Part shown: positions 54,210-64,000 of the stretch, in pieces
Layout: every line of letters starts with the position of its first letter
Numbering within the stretch: position 1 is the stretch's first letter
DNA from: a virus
Direction: 5' to 3' (one strand)
IMG/VR virus record: IMGVR_UViG_3300044684_000278
Span: 72,321-136,320 of that record
DNA: 64,000 nt
The notes under the pieces: generated by a model
Told to the model about the DNA's origin: nothing
The model's input: the letters and a program-made list of their open reading frames with translations, nothing else
Database searches by the model: none
Position numbers and translations under genes: made by a program

Positions 54210-56660
54210 ATGACACGAAAAGTAAAGATAAAGAGAGTGCCTTCTATGGCAGAAGGTGGTAAGGTAGCTCAGAAGAACTACAGTGCCACTGATGATCCCA
54301 ATGTATACCTTGGAAAAAACGGAGTGAAGATAACACGCCAGGAGTTTAACAATGCCAATAAAAATGGCTTTGCCTGGAATAGCTTTGAGGATTATGCTGA
54401 TTACGTTGGTGGATGGGCCCATAATGGAAGTGATTTTAATATCTCTCCTTATTACAGGACCTATGGTGGCAATAACATCAGCGGAGCTGACATTGCCCTA
54501 CTCCATGCACAGAATGATCCAGCTATTAACCAGATCCTGCAAAGAAATATTGCCCGGCCGGGTGAAGTACCTATGTATTCCCAGGATGACTCGGATGCAA
54601 TCAATAAACTCATTGCTCGTAATAAACAGGCTAATCCACAACAGTACCTGGCCTACAAAGCCTTTGGCGGGCAACTGGGTTTTGGGCTGGATCTGGGCAT
54701 CTCCAAAAGCATCTTTGGCACAGGTGATGACCAAGACATCAATATCCGCAAGACCCTTGCTCCTGTGGATCGTAAAATAGCCAACGTGGAGGCAGAGAAA
54801 GGAGAAACCGTTGTAGGTGACTTTGACAAGGACGGACAGAACGAGCACTTCACCATTGGAGGCAACAGGCACTCCCAGGGAGGCACGCCACTGAACCTGC
54901 CTGATGGCTCCTTCATCTTTTCAGATACCAAGAAGATGCAGATGGGCGGCCAGGAGCTTACAGCCTTTGGCAAGTCTGCTGACAGCAATAAAAAGTACAC
55001 ACCTGCTCAACTGGCCAAACAGTATGACGTAAACAAATACAAAGCTATCCTGGATGACAAGAACGCGGATCCTATGGAAAAACGCACAGCCCAGATGATG
55101 ATGGATAACTACCAGAACAAGCTGTCACAACTGGCCCTCGTGCAGGAAGCTAAAAAGGGATTTCCTCAGGGCATTCCGGAGATGGCACAGACCTACCTGG
55201 ATAGAATCAACCAGGGAACACAGCCTACTATTGGAGGCACTATAGACCAGGTGGCACCACAGAGCCAGTTTGCCTTTGGCGGACAGCTTCCCCGTTTTGA
55301 TGGCGGGGGTGATACTCCTGACCCTATTGATCCTTACCAGGGTGGTAAAACCCCTGAAGGCCGGTATACACCTACCAAGAAAGATAACAAGTACAACCGT
55401 GGAAATGACTACCTGGATAACTGGGAGAGTGTGATTCCCGGCATCAGCAAGATGAGCAATGCCGCTGCCCAGCAAGTAATCTATGATCACATGCTTCGGC
55501 ATAATCCGGAGGTAGTAAAGCAGATGTGGCAGGAATACGGCTTAAATAAAAAAGGTTTACAGGATCCATACCTGAAAAGTTTAACAGACAATGGTAAGTT
55601 TATTGACGGTATCCTTACTCCTGATGTAATGGCCAAGCTAAAGAATGCTTACTCTGATGGGATGTTTGGTGTGCGTCAGATGGATCCGGTATTCAACCGT
55701 CCAGGACCCCTGGAGATTCCACAGCGTCAGACAGGTCCTATTATCCCACAGACGCTCACTCCACAGGAGTTGCATGTCACCCCACTTAATCCTATGGCCC
55801 ATCCAGGTGATTTCAATCCTTATCGCCAGAACACGCCCTATGATTACATGACTCCGGATAAATGGACCGTGATGCAGGGGATTAACAACAGGGCAGCTCT
55901 TAAGAAGTATCTTCCATGGGAAGCACCTGTGGCTGCCGTAACTCCTACTCCAACCTTCTATGATCCGAACAGGGAGCTGGCAAGCAACGCGGAGCAGATG
56001 AATACACAGATGATGTATAACAACCAGTTCTCCGGACCTCAGTCTATTGCCGCCCGTAACTCACAGGTAGCAGGACAGGCTGCCCAGAATGCTGCTAACA
56101 TCATGAGCCGTTATGACTCCCAGAACGTGCAGACCTCAAACCAGTTTGCAGGCATTGATGCGGACATCATGAACCGCCTCCAGGAAGCCAAAACAAGGGG
56201 CATAGAGAACCTTTACACAGGTAACGTGATTGCCAACCAGCAGTATGATAACAGCAAGATGAAGCTGGATAATGACCTGCTCCGTGCCCAGGAGAATGCC
56301 TGGAACAACCGCACCATGCTGGGTATGATCAATGATACCAACCCGTATTACTTCACAGATCCCGTTACAGGCCGTATTGTCTTCAAAGGTGGTAAGGACT
56401 ACAATGGAACCTCACAGGGAGCAACCCAGCAGAAGACCTACCAGGATTTCTACAATGAAGGTATTGCACAGGGCATGGATGATCAGTATGCCAAGAAACA
56501 TGCTTATGAAATGACTAAGGGTCAGCGTGTAACCTATACAGACCGTAACATGGATGGCATCCCTGACTCTGCCCGCTACGTTGCCCAGTACATGGGCATG
56601 ATGGGACGCATGGGTATGATGGGTGGAAATGGCTACGGATCCCCTTACGGATACCAATAA
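54210..56660 (+). CDS. internal virion (cargo/ejection) protein
   Basis: 816 aa; NVEAEKGE...RHSQGG...IFSD motif; Gln/Asn-rich. Confidence 0.6.
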   Translation: MTRKVKIKRVPSMAEGGKVAQKNYSATDDPNVYLGKNGVKITRQEFNNANKNGFAWNSFEDYADYVGGWAHNGSDFNISPYYRTYGGNNISGADIALLHAQNDPAINQILQRNIARPGEVPMYSQDDSDAINKLIARNKQANPQQYLAYKAFGGQLGFGLDLGISKSIFGTGDDQDINIRKTLAPVDRKIANVEAEKGETVVGDFDKDGQNEHFTIGGNRHSQGGTPLNLPDGSFIFSDTKKMQMGGQELTAFGKSADSNKKYTPAQLAKQYDVNKYKAILDDKNADPMEKRTAQMMMDNYQNKLSQLALVQEAKKGFPQGIPEMAQTYLDRINQGTQPTIGGTIDQVAPQSQFAFGGQLPRFDGGGDTPDPIDPYQGGKTPEGRYTPTKKDNKYNRGNDYLDNWESVIPGISKMSNAAAQQVIYDHMLRHNPEVVKQMWQEYGLNKKGLQDPYLKSLTDNGKFIDGILTPDVMAKLKNAYSDGMFGVRQMDPVFNRPGPLEIPQRQTGPIIPQTLTPQELHVTPLNPMAHPGDFNPYRQNTPYDYMTPDKWTVMQGINNRAALKKYLPWEAPVAAVTPTPTFYDPNRELASNAEQMNTQMMYNNQFSGPQSIAARNSQVAGQAAQNAANIMSRYDSQNVQTSNQFAGIDADIMNRLQEAKTRGIENLYTGNVIANQQYDNSKMKLDNDLLRAQENAWNNRTMLGMINDTNPYYFTDPVTGRIVFKGGKDYNGTSQGATQQKTYQDFYNEGIAQGMDDQYAKKHAYEMTKGQRVTYTDRNMDGIPDSARYVAQYMGMMGRMGMMGGNGYGSPYGYQ

Positions 56661-56717
56661 ACCTCAAAGGTTTATTCCTAAACTTATAAAATTTTCTTAT
56701 ATTATTAGTGTACCCAT

Positions 56718-59700
56718 ATGGCCACTTATCTTCCACAAGTAACAGATCAGATTCCTGATCTACCTTTATACCAACCCAACTTTGGCTTCTTCCAGCAGAT
56801 GATGAACCGGAAGACCCAGATGTATGAACAAGGGTACTCCCAGGTTAAATCTGCCTATGATTCTATCCTGAATGCTCCACTTTCCAATAACCAGAACATA
56901 CAAGCCCGTGACCAGTATTTAAAGGAAGCGCAGGATAAGCTGAAAAACTTATCAAGTGTAGACCTTTCCATGCAGCAGAACGTGGATGCTGCCAATAACG
57001 TGTTTGCTCCTTTCTGGCAGGATGACAAGATGCTCAAGGATGCTACATTCACACGGTCCTACATGACCGAGATGCAGAAAGGCATGAGGCTTCGTGATTC
57101 CAAAAATAAAGAGGACCGGGATCAGTATTCAGATACAGCCATGCAGTATTTGCAGAATGGCCTGGATAAGATCAAGAACCTGGACCGCAGTGATGACAAC
57201 TCCTGGAACAACCTGGAGAAAAGAAGGTTCGTGCCCTTTATGAACGAGACTGCCTACTGGGATGATGAGATGAAGAAGGCTGACCTGAAAAGGGAATGGG
57301 ACGAACAGTCCGGCCAATGGCTCATCAAGCACACCAACGGGGAGCAAGCTATCGGAACCTTTGAGACCTGGGCACAGGCACACATGACCCCGCAGATGAT
57401 GGACATGCATCGGGTAAAAGGGATAGTGGAAAAAGAACAGGCTATCAAACTCGTACAGCAACAGCATCCCGGCATTACTGATGACCAGGCTATGGATTAC
57501 GTGGCCAGGGATGTCGTGCATGATATGAGGGGTGCTGCTACTTCTCAACTTAGCTCACTGAAGTCAAATCTGGAAGAGACCAACAACAAGATTGCAGCAT
57601 TCAAAAAGCTGGGGGATATACCCAAGGGCTCAACCCTGGAACAGCGTCTCAATGACCTTGTTCAGTTCAAGGACCATCTGGAAAATGATTTGATCCCTCA
57701 GGTACAGAAACGCTTTGATGGTATTGCCACAGACAATGCCAAAGATGCTGCTTCTACTATAGAGAATATCAAGTCCAGCCCGGACCACTATTTTCAGAGC
57801 CTTTCTGTTTCCCGCTCGGTACACAACTGGGCCGTGGCAGCAGCAGGTAATGAAAAGGTAGAGCGTGTCATTAACCCGGTATGGAAAGAAGACGCAGATA
57901 TAGCATACAAGAACGCTACGCTGAATATCCAGGAAAAACAACTGGCCCTGGAATACCGTAAAGAGCAGTGGAATGAAGACCATCCCACTAAAAACAGGGT
58001 TCTTGGATATGATGAGAGCGGTCAACCTATATATGGATCAGGTTCCGGATCAGGAACCGGTACAGGATCTTCTGGCGGACCATATGGAGCGGAACTGGAA
58101 CACGGAGCCTACCGTGGACAGGATACGCTGGATAATACCAGCCAGGGTTCTGCAGCAGATGTGTTCCGTGCCTCACAAACAAAAAAACTAAACAGCTCCA
58201 ATGAGATGATCTTCTCCCTGGAGGGCCTTGGGCATACCCTGGTGGGACAGGCTTCCGGTTCTAAAGGAACCATTACAGATGGTGATGTGGTAACGGCTTT
58301 TTCTGCTATCAACAGATTTAACCGTCAGGGCGGAAAGCTTTATGGAAACGATGAAGAAACAGCTGCCCTTAATAAGATCACAGATGTACTCAAAGCAAAG
58401 ACCGGTGCGGACATCAAGGGTCCGGAAGGAATGCGTAATGCATTGCTTGCCTATGCCAAGCAGTACTTTGCTGACAAGAGCTCCAACGGAGGCCTGGGCA
58501 TGAGTGCAGAAGATTTGCAAAGTCACCTGATCTATCAGAATGCACTGCAGTCACGCCAGGAATTTTTAAACCTCCAGGATAAACACAATGAGCTGATGCA
58601 AAAAGCTCTTGCATCCACTAAAGATCCACAGCTGCAAAAATTAATTGTGACCCGTCCTGACGGAACCCGTTCCCTGGTGGATGGATCTGATATAGGTAAT
58701 CACTTTAAAGATCTGGTGATCACAGATGCCCACGGCAAAAGAATCAGTGTGTCTGCAGAAGATATGGGTAATGCATTCCTTCAGAATAAGCTTGCTGCAG
58801 TTACACATGAGACAGCGGATCCCTATGGTGGAACTCATACTTATGGCTGGAGCATCCGTGTTGGAAACAGGAATATAGATGTGGATCCATCCACTTACTA
58901 CAGGATGAATGAGAAATTATCATCTGTTGAAAAAATCTATGGGAATCCAAGCAAATTTTCTGATACTTTTAGAAAACTTGCTGAATCAACCGTGCCTAAC
59001 ATACAGGATTACCAGAACAAAACCGGTAAAGCCGGATCTATCATAGATTATGAGATCGGGGAAAAAGGTGGACGTGGTAACCGTCTCGTCCAGGAAGCTG
59101 CCCGTCCAGGTAATATGGAGACCATCATGGATGGCGGACAGCCCGCATCAAGTGATGTGATAGATGCCGTTCAGAAACTCAGCAAACTAGGAGATAAGGA
59201 CCTGCATAAGTATGTATCCTCTGTTACCCAGCACACCGGAAGAAACACCCTGGAAGTAACCTTTGCTCCTGTAAAGAGTACAGACAAGACTGAAGTGGGG
59301 GAAAATGGTTTTGATTTGAACAAACTGGCCGGTAAGACCATAGAGATCAAACTAAGCCCTGATGCCAAAGGCCCTACTATCTCCGGACTCCCATCCAACT
59401 CAGGTGAATATATCTGGGGAAGTATCTTAAAGGGAAAGCAGATCAAATCTGATCCACTCTTAGAAGCAGCAGGTTACTCGTATAGTATTGTTCCCAATGA
59501 TACCAGCAATCCTACTTACGCCTACGTTACCATCAATCACAAGACACTGGATGCAAAGACAGGCAAGTACAATGATGCCCCTGAGATCCGTGAACGGATC
59601 AACTTCTTCGGGCCGGATGCCAAGAACCCAGATGAATTAATGGATGAAATCCACAGTTTATTCTCCCGCTCTGTGATGAACAACCAGCTCAGCCAGCAGC

Positions 59701-59789
59701 AGTTCATGAACAACAACCAAAGCCAGGGTAACATGACCAATGCCCAGGAGATCATAGATAACTACCAAAAGACCAAATTACTAAGATAA
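56718..59789 (+). CDS. large internal virion (cargo) protein
   Basis: 1023 aa helical; own promoter-like motif upstream. Confidence 0.6.
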   Translation: MATYLPQVTDQIPDLPLYQPNFGFFQQMMNRKTQMYEQGYSQVKSAYDSILNAPLSNNQNIQARDQYLKEAQDKLKNLSSVDLSMQQNVDAANNVFAPFWQDDKMLKDATFTRSYMTEMQKGMRLRDSKNKEDRDQYSDTAMQYLQNGLDKIKNLDRSDDNSWNNLEKRRFVPFMNETAYWDDEMKKADLKREWDEQSGQWLIKHTNGEQAIGTFETWAQAHMTPQMMDMHRVKGIVEKEQAIKLVQQQHPGITDDQAMDYVARDVVHDMRGAATSQLSSLKSNLEETNNKIAAFKKLGDIPKGSTLEQRLNDLVQFKDHLENDLIPQVQKRFDGIATDNAKDAASTIENIKSSPDHYFQSLSVSRSVHNWAVAAAGNEKVERVINPVWKEDADIAYKNATLNIQEKQLALEYRKEQWNEDHPTKNRVLGYDESGQPIYGSGSGSGTGTGSSGGPYGAELEHGAYRGQDTLDNTSQGSAADVFRASQTKKLNSSNEMIFSLEGLGHTLVGQASGSKGTITDGDVVTAFSAINRFNRQGGKLYGNDEETAALNKITDVLKAKTGADIKGPEGMRNALLAYAKQYFADKSSNGGLGMSAEDLQSHLIYQNALQSRQEFLNLQDKHNELMQKALASTKDPQLQKLIVTRPDGTRSLVDGSDIGNHFKDLVITDAHGKRISVSAEDMGNAFLQNKLAAVTHETADPYGGTHTYGWSIRVGNRNIDVDPSTYYRMNEKLSSVEKIYGNPSKFSDTFRKLAESTVPNIQDYQNKTGKAGSIIDYEIGEKGGRGNRLVQEAARPGNMETIMDGGQPASSDVIDAVQKLSKLGDKDLHKYVSSVTQHTGRNTLEVTFAPVKSTDKTEVGENGFDLNKLAGKTIEIKLSPDAKGPTISGLPSNSGEYIWGSILKGKQIKSDPLLEAAGYSYSIVPNDTSNPTYAYVTINHKTLDAKTGKYNDAPEIRERINFFGPDAKNPDELMDEIHSLFSRSVMNNQLSQQQFMNNNQSQGNMTNAQEIIDNYQKTKLLR

Positions 59790-59795
59790 ACCCTC

Positions 59796-62700
59796 ATGCA
59801 GTTTAACGCTGGATACATACCTGATGAAGTAAAACCTAACTTCATCACTCCGGATAAGACCATCCTGGATTTTGTCAATCCCTTCCAGGATGCACAGAAT
59901 TTCAACCCACAGATCCAGTCAGGTGGTGGTGATCCACTTGCCAGTGCGTTCAGCAACTTTGCCCGCAAAGGAATGAGTGAGTCCACCATGGCTGCTCCTA
60001 CCTTCTATGACTGGAAAGGATCTAATGCTGACCGTTATGTGAACACGGATTACTACAGGCAGGAAGGCTTTGATCCTTTCGTGGACAATGAGTCCAAGTA
60101 CGGATACCGTCAGACCTGGGGTAACATGATAGGCAATGCCTTTGCGGGTGCTGGTAAGCTGGCCTGGCAGACCTTTAAGTCAGGCTGGGAAGGCTGGGCG
60201 GATATGGCCAATGCCCTCTTCTCCTGGGATTCATCCAAGCTGGCTGGCTCTCCGGAAGACCTGAAGGAGATGTATGATACCCAGAACGAGATCATGAACA
60301 AGTATGCTATCTATTCCACACCGGAATCACAGAACAGCATATTCAATAAACAGTTCTTTGGGAACATGCTGCAGCAGTCCGGCTTTGCCGTGGGTGCTAC
60401 TGCACAGTTCTTAAGTGAGGAACTGCTCACCATGGGTGCCAGCTCTGCTCTTTCTGCAGGCAAGTTTGCCGTGGAGGGAGCTGCATTCACCAACCGTGCC
60501 ATCAAGTTCCAGGAGATGCTCCGTGACTTTACCAAGCTGGGTGAGATCTGGAAAGAAAACCGAGTGGTGGATAACCTGCTTAGTGGTGCCAAACGACTGA
60601 TCCCGCTTTCTGAAACAGGTGAGGATATTGGTAAAGCCTGGAAAGCCCTAGACCTGCGTCAGGCTTGGAAAGAGGGAAGAACCGCTGATGTGCTGAAAGG
60701 TACTGCCCAACTGGGATACATTGGTGCCGGTGGTTTAAAGAGAGCACTCTCTGAGGCCAACATGTCCATGAGTGAGGCACGCATGGAAGCTGCCGGTACT
60801 TATGGTGATCTAAACAAGAGACTTACAGATGAATATATAGCCCAGAACGGGCAGGCTCCCGTAGGAGCAGATGCAGATAAGATCCAGAAAATGTCTTACA
60901 AGGCAGGACTGGAAAACTTCTGGGTGAACTCTGGAGTACTGATGGCCATGAACCGCATACAGTTTGACAACCTGTTCTCCAAGTTCGGCAGTGAGCGTAA
61001 GCTCTTAAACGAGATGGGAGATATGGCAGAACATACGTTCTCTGTGACCCGTAACGTAGCTGGCCAGGAAACCACCAGGGTTTTTGAAAAAGGTATGTTT
61101 GGTGCTGCCGGTAAGTTCTCAGACATTGCTGCTACGTTTGGAAGACGTGCTGCAGCCTGGGAAGCTACCAAATCAGCTGCCAAAGGGATCTTCAAGTGGG
61201 AGACTTCCGAAGGTGTGCAGGAGATCCTGCAGGATTTATCCAACAACACCCTCCAGGATTATTACTATGACCTGTATCATGGTGCCAAAGGATATTCTTA
61301 TGGAAGGTCCCTTGACCGTGCAGTGAAACAAGAAGAGTCCATATCCGGAGCACAGACCTTCCTGATGGGTGCCCTGACTGGACGCTTACTGTCTCCATTT
61401 ACCTATGGTATGGAGAAGGGTGTGGAGCGTGTACGTACTACTTCAGAACAAAGAAACAAAATAGACCTGGAGCGTAAAGACGTGATCAGCACCCTGAACG
61501 CTTTCTACCAGGATCCGAATAACTTCTTCAAGAACGCCATTGCCAACTTCAAGGGTCAGGAAGGTGCTGCCTTCAACATGCAGGAAGCGGTGAAGAACCG
61601 TGACCAGTATACCTGGCAGAACTACAAGGACTCTGCCCTGGCATCCCTGATTTCTTCTGCCAAGAAGACCGGTATGATTGATTCGGTGCTGGATACGATC
61701 CGTGCTTATGGTGACCATATCCAGGGAGACCAGTTAAAAGAAGCTTATGGTATTGATCCTACAGAAGAAAACATCAAGGATACCAAGGCTTACTTCAATA
61801 GCGTTGCTGACCGTGCAGAAGAGTACAGCAAGAACTTTGATATTTTAAAAGACAAATATGGTGACCTGATCAACCCGGACCTGTTTAAAGAAGGATCAGC
61901 AGGTCATATCCAGGCCCTATTTGCCAAGAGAGCCCTGGACGATGCTATTGAAATACTGGCCACTAACCGGTTCAAATCTGACCGGGCCATGGACAGGGTA
62001 AGATCTATCTACTCAGAGCTGCAGCAGAACAAGAACATTGGTGAGTCAGCTGCTTTGGCTGTACATACTTTAGCTTCTGAGGAAGAAGTAACCAAGCAGA
62101 TGTCACTGCTCAAAGAAGATCTGAAGGGATTAAACGACAACCCTACTAAGAACGCAGACATCCATCAGCAGATCGAGTACAAACAGGCACAGCTGGAAGC
62201 CCTTACCAACTGGAAGGATAATTATTCAGCGTGGGATAACCAGCACGTTACAGAGAAGATCAAGAATGAGGCAGCCAAGGATGCATGGCAGAAATACGTG
62301 ACTGCCAAAAACCAGGAGGCTGGTCTTTCTACAGTGATCTCCAACGATGACATCAATGACTCTTTTGAGCACCTGGCGCACTACACCCAGTTAAACCAGG
62401 ATCACAAGGAATACATTGATGCCTATAACACGCTGGCCAATCCTAAACGCTTTGTGATGCTCCATGAAAAGATGATGGATGCCATGAATCGCGTGCGTGA
62501 GCTGTTCCGTACAGAACATGAGCAGGAGCTGGAGCAAACAGGTGCGGCCCCCAAGAATTCCTTTACCATGACCGGTACGGATGATGAGGGTAAAGAATAC
62601 TCCATTGACATCAATGAGGGTGACCACTATGTAACAGATGCCAACGAGGATAAAGTCATCTTCAAGGGCAAGGTAGCCAAGACCTTCAACAATAACCTGA

Positions 62701-64000
62701 TTAAGATCCTGAAGATTGATGGTGATAACGTGACCATCCAGGTGAACAACGGCAAGACCTATGAGGTATCCAAGGACCGCCTGGCTAAGGCAGGAAAGCT
62801 GTGGAACCTGAAAGATATGAATGCAGATGCCCGGATCTACTTCAAGAACCGGGATATGGTGCTTCCGATTAATGTCAACAGCAAGACCGGTAAGCCACAC
62901 CTGATCAAGGGTGAATTTGCTAATAAAGACTACTCCAAAGGTGGGGTAAAAGTCAATGGCCGTCTGGTGCTTCAGAAGATTGACGGAGAGCAGGTGCTGA
63001 AGATCCAGTACAAGAACCCTGTGACCGGGAAGATTGAGACCATGAACTATAACAAAGAGTACCTACTCAAGTATGGTGATGGCAAGATCAACCTGCGTTC
63101 CATGCCTTCTGAAGAACAGGAGCAGCAACGCAAGAACCAGGAGCGTCTGAAAAAGAACTATGATGCCCAGCTGAAGATCTTCAATGACCGGGTGGCAGAG
63201 GCCAATGCCCAACTGGAGCAGGCCAAAGTGAACCGGCAGCAGAATGAACAGACCTTCCAGGAACTGCGTCAGCAGTTAATGGATGACCGTGCAGAGCTGG
63301 AGCTGGTAAAAGAAGAGCTGGAGAAATATGAAGGCAAGAAGGGCCGTAAGAGCAACCTTAGAAAATCACTGGAAGAAAACCGTGATCGTCTCACTAAGTC
63401 TATAGCAGATGCACAGGCTCATATTGATGAGGTAAAGAAAGAAAGGGACAACCTGGATAACTCCATCAAGGCCCTTAAGCAAGCCCAGGATCTTTACGAG
63501 ATGGCTGCCCTAGAACTAATGGACAGTGGTAAAGCCTTTGACCGTGAGGGTGGAGAGAATCTCTCTTCCAACACCCAGGATGAGTACGACCAGCTCAGCC
63601 AGAACCAGATGACCAGCCGCTTCAATCAGGAGCAGGTGGATAACATGGTGGAAGACACCCAGCGTGAGGTGGATAACCTCAATTCCCGTATTGATAACCT
63701 CCAGGGATACGTGAAAGACATGAAGGAGATCCTGCGTAGGATCACCGACATGAAGGATTTCATGGATTTCATGGATCTTCCGGAAAACGTTACTACCCGT
63801 GCAGGACTCCGTGAGTTCTTAAGAAAGAAGATTGCGGAAGCTCCTGATGATGCTACCAGGGAGGAGTACCAGAAGCTGATGAATAAAGTACTCAAAGGAG
63901 GCAAAGACAGTGCAGACATCCTGTTCTTCCTTTCCTCTATGAGAGACAGTTTAAAGGAACTCAGTGACCTGGGTAACAAACTCCAGGAGCAGCAGGATAA
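59796..64000 (+). CDS. giant virion protein (partial, >1400 aa; possibly the virion RNA polymerase-containing polypeptide)
   Basis: Manual: ATG at 59796 (MQFNAGYIPDEV...); frame checked at both ends and open at the window edge; absent from the ORF track, consistent with no stop codon. RNAP role inferred only from crAss-like synteny. Confidence 0.65.
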   Translation, partial: MQFNAGYIPDEVKPNFITPDKTILDFVNPFQDAQNFNPQIQSGGGDPLASAFSNFARKGMSESTMAAPTFYDWKGSNADRYVNTDYYRQEGFDPFVDNESKYGYRQTWGNMIGNAFAGAGKLAWQTFKSGWEGWADMANALFSWDSSKLAGSPEDLKEMYDTQNEIMNKYAIYSTPESQNSIFNKQFFGNMLQQSGFAVGATAQFLSEELLTMGASSALSAGKFAVEGAAFTNRAIKFQEMLRDFTKLGEIWKENRVVDNLLSGAKRLIPLSETGEDIGKAWKALDLRQAWKEGRTADVLKGTAQLGYIGAGGLKRALSEANMSMSEARMEAAGTYGDLNKRLTDEYIAQNGQAPVGADADKIQKMSYKAGLENFWVNSGVLMAMNRIQFDNLFSKFGSERKLLNEMGDMAEHTFSVTRNVAGQETTRVFEKGMFGAAGKFSDIAATFGRRAAAWEATKSAAKGIFKWETSEGVQEILQDLSNNTLQDYYYDLYHGAKGYSYGRSLDRAVKQEESISGAQTFLMGALTGRLLSPFTYGMEKGVERVRTTSEQRNKIDLERKDVISTLNAFYQDPNNFFKNAIANFKGQEGAAFNMQEAVKNRDQYTWQNYKDSALASLISSAKKTGMIDSVLDTIRAYGDHIQGDQLKEAYGIDPTEENIKDTKAYFNSVADRAEEYSKNFDILKDKYGDLINPDLFKEGSAGHIQALFAKRALDDAIEILATNRFKSDRAMDRVRSIYSELQQNKNIGESAALAVHTLASEEEVTKQMSLLKEDLKGLNDNPTKNADIHQQIEYKQAQLEALTNWKDNYSAWDNQHVTEKIKNEAAKDAWQKYVTAKNQEAGLSTVISNDDINDSFEHLAHYTQLNQDHKEYIDAYNTLANPKRFVMLHEKMMDAMNRVRELFRTEHEQELEQTGAAPKNSFTMTGTDDEGKEYSIDINEGDHYVTDANEDKVIFKGKVAKTFNNNLIKILKIDGDNVTIQVNNGKTYEVSKDRLAKAGKLWNLKDMNADARIYFKNRDMVLPINVNSKTGKPHLIKGEFANKDYSKGGVKVNGRLVLQKIDGEQVLKIQYKNPVTGKIETMNYNKEYLLKYGDGKINLRSMPSEEQEQQRKNQERLKKNYDAQLKIFNDRVAEANAQLEQAKVNRQQNEQTFQELRQQLMDDRAELELVKEELEKYEGKKGRKSNLRKSLEENRDRLTKSIADAQAHIDEVKKERDNLDNSIKALKQAQDLYEMAALELMDSGKAFDREGGENLSSNTQDEYDQLSQNQMTSRFNQEQVDNMVEDTQREVDNLNSRIDNLQGYVKDMKEILRRITDMKDFMDFMDLPENVTTRAGLREFLRKKIAEAPDDATREEYQKLMNKVLKGGKDSADILFFLSSMRDSLKELSDLGNKLQEQQD

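Noticed and set aside
19343-63979. Many antisense and alternate-frame ORFs (e.g. 22675..23595, 46599..47528, 45843..46520)
   Set aside because: They overlap well-supported plus-strand genes and reflect codon bias; no independent motifs.
1-64000. Stop-codon reassignment (TAG/TGA), as in some crAss-like phages
   Set aside because: Long genes are intact under the standard code, TAG and TGA end genes at sensible positions, and no suppressor anticodon was found.
1-64000. CRISPR array, diversity-generating retroelement, integrase, IS element, or intron/intein in terL or MCP
   Set aside because: No regularly spaced repeats and no reverse transcriptase, recombinase, transposase or splicing motifs were seen; terL and MCP are uninterrupted.
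59796-64000. Firm call as virion RNA polymerase
   Set aside because: No DxDxD catalytic motif was recognised in the visible part; only synteny suggests it.

Overview
This 64-kb window looks like part of a large crAss-like (Crassvirales-type) podovirus genome infecting Bacteroidota. It uses the standard genetic code and has C/A-rich, non-Shine-Dalgarno start contexts. The left ~11 kb is a minus-strand accessory region of small hypothetical genes, several of them paralogous, with terminators, structured intergenic RNAs, a tRNA-Ile(UAU) and a tRNA-like RNA. Strand polarity switches at ~11.2 kb. Next come a six-tRNA array (Pro, Asn, Gln, His, Trp, Thr), an HTH regulator, a second tRNA-like RNA and tRNA-Met. 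The rest is the morphogenesis block: HU/IHF-like proteins, a PD-(D/E)XK nuclease, terminase, portal, scaffold, major capsid protein, tail rings, fibres, Fn3/IPT proteins, a muzzle protein with a vWA insert, tail-lysozyme and cargo proteins, and a giant virion protein cut by the window end. The top finding is an unannotated 25-codon leader peptide (MIFNNPFHQQPNFWNPFQGPGDGMW) directly in front of the tRNA array. It overlaps a complete protector/antiterminator/terminator fold, and its codons match five of the six downstream tRNAs, which suggests a translation-coupled attenuator that turns on phage tRNAs when host tRNAs fail. All calls come from motif and synteny recognition by eye; no database searches or folding programs were run.
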